From Kondoa subrosea (taxonomy: Eukaryota), in NCBI GenBank assembly GCA_039545335.1, contig BCIN01000007.1:62001-126000 (forward strand): a stretch of 64,000 nucleotides of DNA. Direction: 5' to 3'. The position numbers were made by a program, and so were the translations under genes. Below, one piece after another: positions 26,858 through 39,241 of this stretch. Each line of letters begins with the position of its first letter. Positions within the stretch are counted from its first letter, which is position 1. The notes under the pieces are model-generated. The model ran no database searches. It had not been told where the DNA came from and saw only the letters and a list, made by a program, of their open reading frames with translations.

Positions 26858-28993
26858 ATGAGTTGTACTACTCCTTCGCCAGATCCAGAAGCAGATCCGC
26901 TATTGCCTCCCATAAGGCTATCGGAAGATGTCAAGCAGTCCGAGTTCCCAAGTATCGAGTTATCGGAATGGAAGCGCAGAACTATCTTTAGTCTGCTGCT
27001 ATTAGGCGCCTTTCTCGGTGTGTCGCATCCTCTCTAAAGACATAATGAATATACAAATTTGTGTCTCAAGCATCTCTTGACCAATCTATTATGGCTACGC
27101 TACTCGCACCCATAAGCGCTGAATTGCACGCTTCCAATCAATCTTCTTGGCTAACTACAAGCTTCATGATGGCCCTAGCCATTTTCAGCCCTGTCTACGG
27201 GGTCAGCATCCCGTTTTAGAGTCTTTCCTACGCTCATCGTGATGTGATTATAGCGCTTGAATGGTATTCTTGGGAGACGTTTCACCTATATGCTTGGTCT
27301 TTCGCTCTTCCTTGTTGGCACTTTCGGCTGCGGCTTTGCGACAGATCTCAAAATGCTGATTGTGTAAGTCTGCCACGAAAAGCTGCTATGAAAGGTCCAA
27401 TACGGTTCACAGGTCTCGTTTCATCTGTGGAGCTGGAGCTTGTGATTTGCAACCTTCCTCGTGCTGCCTATGTTTCGATGCTAACAAAGACTTAATAGCT
27501 GCTGTGAACTCCACTGCCACTACAATCATTAGCGATCTTGCTAGTCTTCGTTCAAGAGGTGTCTATCAATCACTTCTCAACCTCGCGTATAGTCTCGGAT
27601 CCAGTCTAGGTGGAACATTAGGGGGCGTCATCCACGAATCCATTGGCTGGCGATACTCTTTCATAGGCCAATTGCCTATTCTTTTGGGCGCGGCTATACT
27701 GTCTTGGACATTGATTCGTTATGAAGATCCAAAACTGCTGAGCGGACCTCTTGGCCCAAGGTTGAGAAGAATTGACTACCTTGGCGGTTTGAGTTTCGCT
27801 ATTGCTGTAGGTCCCACGGGTCTCATAATAGTCAAGCTGAAGGCCTTTGATAGCTTGGAACCTTCTTGCTAGCTCTGTCGTACAAAGTAAACGAGCAGCG
27901 ACCATGGGCGAATTCTGCTGTATGGATGAACGCTCTGCTTTCACCGCTCTTCTTCGGCATCTTCAGCTACATAGAAACTCATATTGCACAGGAACCTGTT
28001 CTTCCATTCCGTGTGCTTACTCACAATGACGTTGGCGGTGAGCTCCTGCCTTCTCTTTGTTTTCCTTGCTCAATATGGTCAAGTTATATACATTGTCACG
28101 CTAATTCAGCCGTTGTTCGGCTTTGCCTGTATCTACTTCTATCCGCAGGTATGAGCACCTATCACTTCTTCGGCTGGGTCAAGCCAAATGCTTACTCTGC
28201 TTTACAGTGGTTTCAAGACGTACTGCTATCCTCAGCGACCGTAGCTGGACTTCACCTTATACCAAAGTACGCTATCAATTTCTCATTTATTAGAAAAAGA
28301 GCTTACATTAGGACAAGTTCGATTGCCATCGGTGTTGGTTCAGTCACTGCTGGACTGTATATGAGAAGCTATGGTCGCTACAAAACAGCTACTATCGCTT
28401 CAGCTCTATCTATCGCTCTTGCATTCTGCCTCATGCTCATCCAGACTCGGCATTCTTCTTCCTTCTTACAATGGATTGCTGTCATCCCGTCTGGACTAGG
28501 AGGATCCTCTTTACTCACTTTAATCCAGACTGCAATTGTTGCTTTAGTGGCTAAAGAAGATATGGCAATGGTTATTTCTACTGCTTATCTGATGAGATAC
28601 ACTGGAGCGCTGCTAGGTCTGGCTGCTTCTTCGTATGCTTCTTTCTTAGCTTTACCTCTGCAACGAGATTCATTTGAATTCAACGCAGGGCTATCATGCA
28701 ATCCACTCTCGATACAGAATTGCACAAACGCATCATGTCTCCAGAAGTAAGCCCTCTTATAATTCCTGATCAAAGACAAATCCATTCTGACTTGACGAAA
28801 CCGGAGGAAGATTATAGATCAAATCAGACATTCATCAGAATATGTTCGACAACTTCCACTCGATTTACAACAACAAGCTATAGCGAGTTATGAGAGTGCT
28901 TTGCATGCTGTGTTTGGATCAAATTTCATCATGGCTTTGATTTTGATTGGTTTGTGTTGCTTCATTAAGGAAGTGACATTAGGTAAGAAGTAG
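26858..28993 (+). CDS. 14-TM MFS transporter, Vba/DHA2-like
   Basis: ASLDQSIMATL, SWLTTSF, PVYGRL..ILGRR, IISDLASLRSRGVYQ, IGWRYSF, LRRIDYLG, AQEPVLP. Confidence 0.85.
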
Positions 28994-29594
28994 CGAGTGA
29001 AGAGGGAGACAGAATATCAAGATTAGAGCGTAGAAAGATCATCAAGGGCAATAGATCAGGGACGGAACATTGCATTTATAATACCACTACATGTCATCTG
29101 TTATTATCTGCTGTTCTTGTGTTTACCAGTCATCTGTCCTCAGTAAATTAATTAGTGAACCGATCTCCACGCAAACAACAAGATCATGAGGTATGGAATG
29201 GGAGAAAGTCAGACGCTTAAAAGGTAATATCAAAGGTTGAAGAACCTCATCCGCAAATTATCCGTGGCTCGAAAGCCGTTTTATATGTTGATCATCAGGA
29301 GAAGGAAACAGGAAGTAGACAAGGCATACAATGTGAAATTGACTTACGGGATATCAACAAGTGCGCAGAGTCTAGCATTAAGTATATTACTTTGCATGAA
29401 TCCTCAAAGCAAGATTTGCAAAAATTGGACGTCGTGCTAGCAGATCTGAAGTTCAAAAGACATCGGAGGGAATAGACCGCTTGTCAGTGTGTCCCATGCG
29501 AGTGTGATCAGGGCAAAGAAGATTGAGATGACGGTGCAAGAAGAAGAGGAAGATTTTCTATTTTTCTTGAGTTGCACCTTGACCAAGTTCAAGC

Positions 29595-32260
29595 ATGTCG
29601 AAGCTCTCTAGCAAAGCCAAAGGCAAGCAGCCTATGCGGAATAAAGGGAAACCAACCAAGTCCAAGAGAGAAGAAGGAGCTGAAGTGATTGAACGATTGC
29701 AAGAATCTGTGGACATCTTGGATGCTCGAGGATCTTACAAGTCTTTTACTGAGCTACCTCTTTGTACCCCAACTCAACAAGGTCTCGAGAATGCAAAGTT
29801 TTCTTCCTTGACTCCCATTCAAGCTAAAGCGTTACCTCTGGCTTTGAAAGGTTGGTTGCAGATCTTCTTCATTTCGCTCTGAAATGTTGAAGGACGGTCC
29901 AAATCAACAGGTCACGACGTACTTGGAGCAGCTCGGACTGGCTCAGGCAAAACTCTAGCTTTCTTGATCCCAGTATTAGAATGTCTCTTCCGAAAGAAAT
30001 GGGGGCCTATGGATGGACTAGGCGCTTTGATCATTAGTCCAACGAGAGAACTTGCTGTGCAGATCTTTGAAGTGCTCAAGAAAATTGGAGGACAGCATAC
30101 TTTCTCGGCTGGATTGATCATTGGAGGCAAGAACCTCAAAGATGAGAAAGAGAGACTGCAGGGCATGAATATTCTAGTTGCTACTCCTGGTCGATTACTA
30201 CAGCATATGGACCAGACTGTGGGATTCGAAGCAGATAACTTGCAAATGCTGGGTACGATGCATTCGCACAACGAAGATTACATGCTCATTATGCGACACC
30301 AGTTCTGGATGAAGCTGATCGTATTCTCGATCTTGGATTTGCTTCTGCTCTGAATGCTATAGTAGCCAATCTACCAGAAGAACGTCAAACTTTGCTCTTT
30401 TCAGCAACTCAAACCAAATCCATCAAAGATCTTGCTCGCTTGTCTCTTCACTCACCAGAATATGTCTCAGTTCGAGATGCTCAAGCACCTGCTTCCACTT
30501 CTACTTCTACAGCAACAGAAGAAGCATCAACAAACCTCGACGTTCCTTCTTCCCTCACTCAACATTACTTAGTAGTCAATCTAGATGACAAGCTTAACCG
30601 ATTATGGTCTTTTATCAAAACTCATTTATACCAAAAAACAATTGTCTTCCTTTCTTCCTGCAAACAAGTTCGATTCGTATATGAATGTTTCAGACAACTT
30701 CGACCTGGTGTACCATTAATGCATTTGCATGGGAAACAAAAACAAATGCAACGCTTAGAAATTTACAATCGTTTTTCAGGAATGGAACAAGCTTGTTTGT
30801 TTGCTACAGATGTTGCTGCAAGAGGATTAGATTTCCCTGGAGTGAATTGGGTCGTTCAATTGGATTGTCCGGAAGATGTGGATACTTATGTTCATAGAGT
30901 TGGTAGAACTGCTAGGTATACAGCTAAAGGAAAAGCACTCTTGTTTTTGTTACCTAGTGAAGAAGAAGGAATGGTTAAAAGGTTGGATGCAAAAGGTGTT
31001 AAAGTTGAAGCTATCAAAGCTAGAGATAGCAAACAGGTTCAAGTTCAAAAACAATTGCAATCTCTTGCTTTTAGGAATACGGATGTCAAATTCTTAGCTC
31101 AAAGGGTCAGTGAATACTCTGGGTTTAGCAATATGAAATTGCTTACTCCTTGGGTTTATCTGACAGGCTTTCATCTCATACGTTCGATCAATCTATTTGC
31201 AGAAAGATAAAAGAGTCTTCAAATTTGATGAACTACCTTTAGAAGCTTTCGCGTTATCATTAGGTTTAGCAGGTGCACCTCAACTCAAGTTCCATAGTAA
31301 AGCGGATGCATCAACAAAAAAGAATGCAGTTCGATCTGTTCAAGCGTTGAAAGATAGTTCGATTGTTGCGGATTTGGAAGAAGAGACTAGTGAGGATGAG
31401 GAAGAGGAAGTAGAGACGGGCAAGAACGTTTTCGGTGGTGCTTCGGGTGGTGATCTAAATCAGGTCGAAAGCGAGAAGGTCAGGAAAGATACGTGATTCA
31501 TTGGCTTTATGCTAATGTTGCGGAGTTCCTTTCTGACAGACTGCCAAAACAAAATACGATCGGATGTTTCAACGCAAGAATCAGAACATTCTTTCTGAAC
31601 ACTACAACAAGCTTGTGGATCGAGAAGATGATGACAAAGAAGATGCAGACGATTTCATTACTCTCAAGCGAGCGGATCATGATCTCGAGAAAGACGAAGA
31701 AGCGGACAATCATGTTTCTAATCGCAAACTTCGAGCAGGAACGAGCAAGAAGAAGATGTTGGCTGTGAAAGGACTAGGCAACAAACTCGTCTTCGATCAA
31801 GAAGGTGGCGCGCATCCTTTGTATGAGATGGAGAACGAGGAAGATTTCGTCGCTGCTGGCGGTGCCAAAGAATTGGGCAAGAAGTTTGTTGAAACTGAAA
31901 GGAAGGCCATGAAAGTCCGAGATTTGGTAGACAAGGAGAGGTTGAAGGAGAAGAAGCGAGAGAAGAAGAGAAAGAGGAAGGAAACGGATGCTGTGAGCTT
32001 TGACTATCTAAAGTTGCAGCCTCAAAGCTGATTGCTTCGCGTATTAGAATGAAGCCGCTGCTCCAGCTCTGGGTAGTGAAGATGGAGGAGAAGATGGCTA
32101 TCAATCTCCTGTGTTTGACTTGCCAACAGATGAAGAGGCAGATCGAGCAGCAGAAGCAGAAGTTGCTTCGCAGCGAAAGCCGAAGAAGGCGAAACGAGCT
32201 GCTTATGCCGAGCAAGATCTGGAAGCTCTGGCGCTTAAAGCGCTGGGCAAGAAGCGTTAA
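29595..32260 (+). CDS. DBP4: DEAD-box RNA helicase Dbp4/DDX10
   Basis: [66 protein letters not shown]. Confidence 0.95.
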
Positions 32261-32548
32261 ACTCTTTGTGCATCATTATCGCATATCTAGCATTTTCATG
32301 ATTTATTCGGTTGACCAGGAACCATTTCTGAAGCTTTGATACCTGCATGAGCCATATACCCTAGTACGGACGCGTCAAATTAGCGCATTGTCATGGGCAA
32401 AATGGAGCCAGAGTCTATAGCACAGCTTCATTTGCATTGCCTTGGAGATATACCTTGGCGATGCTCTCTTCTTTTCCTTCTCCAAGCTCGCTTCTCGACG
32501 ATCTGGTTATCGTTTGATCCTCTCTTTCCTTCTTACAATCATTCCAAG

Positions 32549-33141
32549 ATGCTGGCATCAACTTCTTCATATGTTCATAACATCGTTTCGCTGGTCGAAC
32601 GCCAACAGCAAGGTCAAGATGCTGCGAATGCGAAAGCTGCATTGGAGTCATATTACGGTACTACTAAGCCTTGGATCTTTGCAGGTAAATCCAGCCTGCA
32701 TTGGTCTGCCCCAAGCTAAACTCTTGTTTAGTTGCAGTGCTCGGCGGTGCATTGCTAATAGAGACCGCGATTGTGCTCTTCGTCTGGCGCCGCTCATGTA
32801 ACAAGAGAAAGAAGAGCAAGGATGCTGAGAAGTAAGCGCTTCAATTATGCAGCAATGTAACGACTGACAATTATATCAGAGCGTTTGCTGCTCAACCTGC
32901 AGAGAAAGATCAAATCTTCGTAGCCCCTCTGCCTGTCAAACCTAAACTACGCAAGATCAAGTCTAATACTGACGGGCGTGACTTCCAGCTCGCTGCAGCT
33001 CCGAAAAAAGCGGGACGCTTGTCTACTTATGCTACAAACCCTCGTAATCCTCTTGGTCGTTCTGACTCTGAATCAGATGCTGAGACGCTCTATGACGTCA
33101 ATGCTGAAGATCCATCAAAGGATGCTCGTATGCAAGCTTGA
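32549..33141 (+). CDS. Small single-pass membrane protein, unknown function (3 exons)
   Basis: Spliced ORF with TM (PWIFAVAVLGGALLIETAIVLFVW) followed by basic RRSCNKRKK. Confidence 0.55.
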
Positions 33142-33543
33142 GATCATGATATGATGCATAAAATATACCTTGTTTCCCATTCTATCATTATACCATGCTT
33201 GCTATTCAACCCTTAATGTGGACACGTCGCGCTGTCTCTTTGACCTATACAGCTGGTGGACTTTCGAATCTCTGCTAAAATGACAAATACTCTTTCAACC
33301 TATATGTCAAGATGGCTTCTGACCCGATTTTGTCCAAGCTGAACACACATGCCTATCCAGCGTAGTAGTCTAACTGTCCTTGAGAGTATGGCGCTCGCGT
33401 CGTCAGATGCCCCATCTTTCCCTTTGTTCTTTCAAATTTGCCTACCAATACCGTCACTGCCGCAACTTTATTCTATACAATCTAAGCTCTCTTTTTCTTA
33501 CCCTAATCCATCTGGCTGGTCCCCTTTGCTTCATGTCTGGAAC

Positions 33544-35080
33544 ATGAACCTACTTTCTTTCTATGTCTCCATCTTGCTGGCAAGTCAAACAATCGCAATG
33601 CCCATCAAGCGGCAACAAGTAGATGTAGCGTCTTCTGCTGACAATCCTTTCGCCGCTGCTTTGGCAACATGGCTGGCTCCTGTCCCTAATGCTCAACCGG
33701 AAGATTCAAACGTAGGCAATGGTAATCAGAATACGAATCCATCTTCAATACAAGGCGGTGCTCAAGCAAATCCTAGTCAACTTGTAGCTAGCCCCCAGAA
33801 CTCTGTACCTGCTAATCTCCCTGCCAACAATTCGACGGGTCAAGTTTCTCAAGCTGTATACGGGCAACAGAATCAGCAGACGATCGAGAATTCCGGACAA
33901 GCGAGCCCTACTACCGTAGCTCAAGCAGGTCAACCTCAAGGCCAATCTCAAGGCGGAAACCAGCCAGCTCAACCTACCCCTTCGCCTTCGCCAGAGAATA
34001 AAGGTCCAATCACGTATGGCGCCGCTCAGACGCAAGATGGAGCACAGCCTGCTGGCAATGGTGGAGGTGGAGGTGAAGCTGTATATGTTCAGACAACTAC
34101 AGATGCCAACGGGTTGCCAACTACGCAAACCGTTCGAGCACCAGTCAATGTAATCACTTCAAATGGTCAAGTCATTACTCAAACGAGATCAGCAGATGCA
34201 GTGGTCGCTACGGATCTTTCTCCAGCTGAACAAGATTCTCTGAAATCAAAAATTGGAGACTATATCTTTGGTGATGGAACTCATGTTCAAGTTTCGGAGC
34301 AAGATGGTGACTCTGGCAATAACAATAATGGCTCACCAGATGAGAATGATCCTGCTTATTGGGGAGAATCCGGTTCGCCTACTACTACCAAGAAACCCAG
34401 ACCAACTCAAGGCGAAAGCGGCGGTTATTGGTCAGGAGGACAAGATGATCCTGATCTGATTTCAGTCAATTGGATTCAGATTGCTTTACCTGAACCTACT
34501 GATCCAAAGACTGCTGGTTTGCAAGCTCTTATAGCACAGAGTGAGTTACTCATCTCCAAAGCTGGACAATTACCTAAATCATGTTTCCGTAGATCGGAAG
34601 AAAGTCGCTCTCGGGGTTGGACTGACTCTAGGAGCTATATCTCTCATTGTTATCCTCTTCTTCCTCTTGCGATGTCTGCGAAACAGACGAAAGCTACATC
34701 CGAAAGAACCTAAAGTCAAGAAGAATCGCAACAAAGGCGTCAAGCCCAGACACGGTCTCAATCACGATCTGGAGCGAGGTCACGATGAAGATTGGTCTAA
34801 AGGCCTGACATCCCCTGGTGTAGGCAGCTCGGTCACCCAACATGGTCCAAAACCTCTTCCCTCGGAAAACTCTCTTCATGCTCGTTCTCATGCAACAGAT
34901 CACTCTCACAATACCCCTGGTCCAAAGAAGGAAAACACTTCTATCTTCAGCAACTTTTTCAAGAGAAACGGAAAGAAGAGCAATGCGTCCTCTGTGTCCA
35001 AACGAAGGGCTGCGATTAAAACAGTGAAAACTGCTGCTGGAACGGCATCAGCGTACAGACGTGGTGGTGCTCCGGCGTGA
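33544..35080 (+). CDS. Signal-peptide, Gln/Pro/Thr-rich type I membrane protein
   Basis: MNLLSFYVSILLASQTIAMPIKRQ (signal peptide plus KR), low-complexity ectodomain, a probable intron near 34517-34561, TM VALGVGLTLGAISLIVILFFLL, basic tail. Confidence 0.6.
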
Positions 35081-35443
35081 GCTCAGTATTATGAGCATCG
35101 ACATTGCGAGACTGACTTGAGATAATAGATTCAAGAATGCAGCCGCGAATGCACTTTATGGAAAGCATGGACCTGCGCGGTATGCGATTCTCTTCTCCAC
35201 CTGTTATGGACACAGCTGATGCCAGTCTGCGAAGGTCTCGCAACGCACCGGCGCGTAATGGCAGTCGATCTAGAGTTGGCAAGCATAGGTACAAATAGGG
35301 CAGAAGCTAGTTGTTGGGCAGGATCTATGTACTGTACACGCTAGAGCCTTTCCCGAGCTCTTGACTATCGCATGCGACGCGCTTCAGAAATCTCGAGAAC
35401 TCGCTCGCTTGTTTTCTAGCAGCCATTGCGAGTGATACCAAAC

Positions 35444-36278
35444 ATGAGTGAGAAGATAGACGGAGGCAACGAAGCGCCAAAGGTGAAGCTCTCGCGCTGT
35501 CCTCTCTATTTGCTACTGTTCACAATGCTTATTGTAATCCGTGCTTTCTCTCCATTTCCATTCCTTCAATCTCCTTCTGCTCTGCCTACTCGCACCAATG
35601 ACTGTTCATTAGGCGGTGATCAAGTCTACTGATATGGAGGAAGATATGCAGCAAGCTGCTGTGGACATCTCAATTGAAGCAATGGACAAATACGTTTGTC
35701 TTTACACTCTCTTACAAGATCACGCAAGCCCTGATGCTGTTTCCTTTATGTGATCAGAGCGTGGAGAAGGACATTGCTAGTCACATCAAGAAGGAATTCG
35801 ATAAGAAATACCAACCAGTTAGTTTACTCTAACTGCCTATGCGTCCTTTTATGCTTATGACTGCGCGCTTCCTCTTTCAGGTATGGCATGTCGTTGTTGG
35901 AAAGAACGTGAATGCTTCCTAGGCGCTATACTATCGATATACTGACGAGATCTGGAACGTACTGTTCAGTTTGGAAGCTTTGTTACACATGTACGTTCAC
36001 CGTGCAAAGTATCGGCATGTCGCTGATGCCAGTGCCTGATCGTACAGGAGACAAAGTGAGTTTGTATTCGACCAACTTTTCTGATACGCGCTGATTGTGT
36101 TTCGCCTTGAAGACACTTTTTCTATGGCTATGTTGGACCTATCGCTGTGGTTTGTTGTCGCTAGAGCGCTTCAGATTTATCTGATGAGCTCGCGTGATGA
36201 TCGAACAGCTGATATTCAAGGCGTGTACTTTTCGAATTTATTATGCTTTGGATCTGATCATCTCTCTAGTCTGGTTGA
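35444..36278 (+). CDS. DYN2: Dynein light chain LC8, 9 coding exons
   Basis: [58 protein letters not shown]. Confidence 0.93.
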
Positions 36279-36457
36279 TTCGTTCGCAATAAGAGACATC
36301 AGGAAAAGGGAGTAAGAGAGAACAAGCATAGCATGAGTTATTATCAGAGCAATATACGGGGGACAAAGCACCGAGCGTATGAGCGAGATTAACGAGACTA
36401 TATAGAATACATTTGACCACGAAGACTACTTTTATACTTCTTTGATCTCCCCTCAAT

Positions 36458-37241
36458 CTAATCAATTCGATCCCTGAGATTTGCTGGGCGTCCCGGAGAT
36501 ACTGAACGCCTTCGTGCGGGCGCAGCAGCCGCAGCAGGTGCACTTTTCGTCCTGTGAACGAGCCATAAAGGGTTAGACATGATCATGTCAGACTTTGAAA
36601 GCTCCACTCACGTAGCAGACTGAGGTCTGATGAAAGCGAAATCGCAGTGAATCTTTTGTTCGAGGAGCATAGAATCGCTAGCTCCAGCAATAGCAGCTTC
36701 TGCTTCCCTTCTCGTTTCATATTCAACCAAAGCGTACCCTTTGACGTAACCCGTCCTTCGATCTAAATTGAGGTGTAAGTTTTTGATATCACCAAATTCC
36801 CCAAATTTATCTTGAACGTCTTCTTCTGTCGCTTCTTCGTGTACGTTTGTAGCTAATACAATCCATCCTTCTACGGCTATATCCACACTCATGTGAGTAC
36901 GGTTCATGAGGAAAGAGAAAGGAGCAAGGGAGAGGGACTTACAGCGAGCTGCTTTGCCTGCTGTAGCTTCATGTGTATCGTCTAATCTATCAAAATTGGC
37001 ATTCTTGCCAAGAAGATCTCTATCTGTCAGTCACGCAGTCTAAGCCCTGAGAAAGAGCATAGGTTGAAGCGTAAGAATGACCTGCTGATGGTACATCTGC
37101 TCCAGCTTTAAAGCCACGGCCTTTCCTCTTGACTCCAGCGTCTGTTCGCAGAAGCAACTAGAATCAGATATACTCTGATATCCAGTGTCTGCAGTGCGAA
37201 CCGTCAATGTCCATTGTTTGAGCAGGTTTATCAATTTCCAT
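36458..37241 (-). CDS. RBM8A: Exon-junction complex RRM protein Y14
   Basis: [60 protein letters not shown]. Confidence 0.95.
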
Positions 37242-37420
37242 AATTGCAGAGTGGGAGAATGAGATCTATGAGGATGTCGAGGAGCAGGATCAGTACAAGA
37301 CTGATTTGCTACGCCTGAGACCCTCACATAAGTCGAAGAGTCGTGAACACAGAACAACCCTTTTACGATTTTGCGCTCGAATTAGGGATCTCTTCCCCTA
37401 ACAATCACATTCTTGGGACT

Positions 37421-39203
37421 ATGTCACGCACTATAGGAGGATTCACTCGAACTAGAACCTCAACTCAGCAACAAACTCAATCCACTGAATGCCCTAAACC
37501 GGATGATAACTTTCCACCTTTGAGAGTGTTGGTTTTCGTTGGTGTAGTGTAGGTCGTCTTCCTTTTCTTGTTCTATCTCTGTGTTGGGCCATGTTTGCTT
37601 CTATGCTGGATTTGAGGCTTTCAACTCGCTGGAGATCGATCAGAACTTTGTGCTTCGGTGCCATTGGGCTCGAATCGTATATTTGTGCTGCGGTTCTTCG
37701 ATACTTTGCTCTATCTCTCTATCTTTCATCTCTATACGAGTGCTTTAACGATGCCATGTTCTTACTTTGAAATGATGTCAAACATATGGTTCTGCAATTC
37801 TGATAAGTTCATGATTGATTAACCTTCAATTACACATTACATTACATTACATTATTTACTGATCAAAGTAATCTCTTCATCGTTGATGAGCTCGTCATCT
37901 TTCCTCTTTTTACCCTTCTTGAATTGCGATTCGGCTGTCTTTCGGAAAAAGGAAAGCTGATGCGTTTTGATTATGACAGCGGATCGGGAAAATCGACATT
38001 ATCTAAAGCGATAGTGGATCAACTAGACGTACGTATTGACTTCGGTAGTATCAAAATTTTGATGACTCGGAAGCCAATCGTACAGAACTGGTCAAGAGTT
38101 TGTCAAGATGTCAGTCACTTGTCCAAATCAGGAATTAGGGGCGTATGCTGACTTCGAGAAGGAAAGGAACTAGGCAATAGACAAGCTTGTGAATCTATGG
38201 CTCGAAGCTACTTGACCCAGGTATGCACGACGGAAATAGTTTTAGCTTGCGCTGATGGAAACTTTTCCTTCGTTGCTACAGGTACTTTTGTCTTGCAGTG
38301 AATCATATGTCTAGGCTAATTGACCCGGACTTTGCAAATGTCAGGTAAGTCGAGAAGTATCAGTCACATTTGCGTGATTCAGGAGTTCCGATATTACAGG
38401 GTCGTCACCTCATTATTGATCGCCAAAACTTCAATGCAGCACAAAGGCATCATTTCGTTCAACTTGCACGAGCTTTTACGGTAGAATTGACGGCCGTAGT
38501 ATTTGATGTTTCACCCGACGTGCGTCAGTGTTCCCTGCATATCAGTTCACAACTGATGCGTAGGACGGATGGTGTACAGGAATGCGCACGGCGACTTAGG
38601 AGGAGAACTAATCATCCTACTATCGAATCGCCTGAGAAAGCTTTGGAGCTGCTGGACAGTTTTCTAGATATTTTCGAAGACGTTTCCGAATCAGAGGTAC
38701 GGCACTCCGAGGTCTTTTCCATTAGTGGAATGAACCGTGGGCTTGTTGTACAGGGATTTGATCGGATCTTTACTCTACCCAATAATCTACCTCTTGCACC
38801 TACTCGAGCAGATCTAACCAGTCTCATTTCTTCAATTGATGCAACACCTAAAATCTCTCCTTCGCGTTCAACATCAACAAGAGGTAGAGGTCGAGGTTCA
38901 CGAGGCAATAATACTTCAACACGAGGGAACGCTAGAGGTAGAGGAGCAGGAAGTGGGACTTTACCACCTCGAACCAATCCTTGGACAACTGCAGCAAGAG
39001 GTAGAGGGAACAATCGAACTACCAATGCTTCGGAAGGTGGGAATAGGTTAGGTGGATCTTCGACTTCCAATTCAAATACGATGACAAGCGATTCAAGTAT
39101 TGATGCTGCGGATTTGAGAGCTAGGAGGGAAGCTGCTTTGAGAGCTATTGAAGCAAGGTCACAGTCAAATACAAGTACATCAAGGCATGATGAAATTCTG
39201 TAA
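37421..39203 (+). CDS. P-loop nucleotide/polynucleotide-kinase-like protein (AAA_33-type) with RG-rich tail; snoRNA host gene
   Basis: Walker A GVVGSGKST (split by a 431-nt intron), WSRVCQDELG, QGRHLIIDRQNF..QR, ECARRLRRRTNHPTI, RGRG repeats. Confidence 0.8.
37762..37871 (+). ncRNA. Intronic box C/D snoRNA, predicted guide for 2'-O-methylation of the 5.8S rRNA Gm75-equivalent (SNORD96-like target)
   Basis: Perfect 9-bp terminal stem TTACTTTGA (37762-70) / TCAAAGTAA (37863-71). Box C ATGATGT at 37772, D' CTGA at 37800, C' ATGATTG at 37811, D CTGA at 37859. Guide TTCTGCAATT is complementary to 5.8S AAUUGCAGAA. Confidence 0.85.
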
Positions 39204-39241
39204 TGTATTACTTTGAACTTGTACTACCACGCTATCATCAT

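Noticed and set aside
37777..37789. CAAACATATG resembling a guide for the 18S 5' end (CAUAUGCUUG)
   Set aside because: Contains a mismatch and is not positioned next to a D/D' box.
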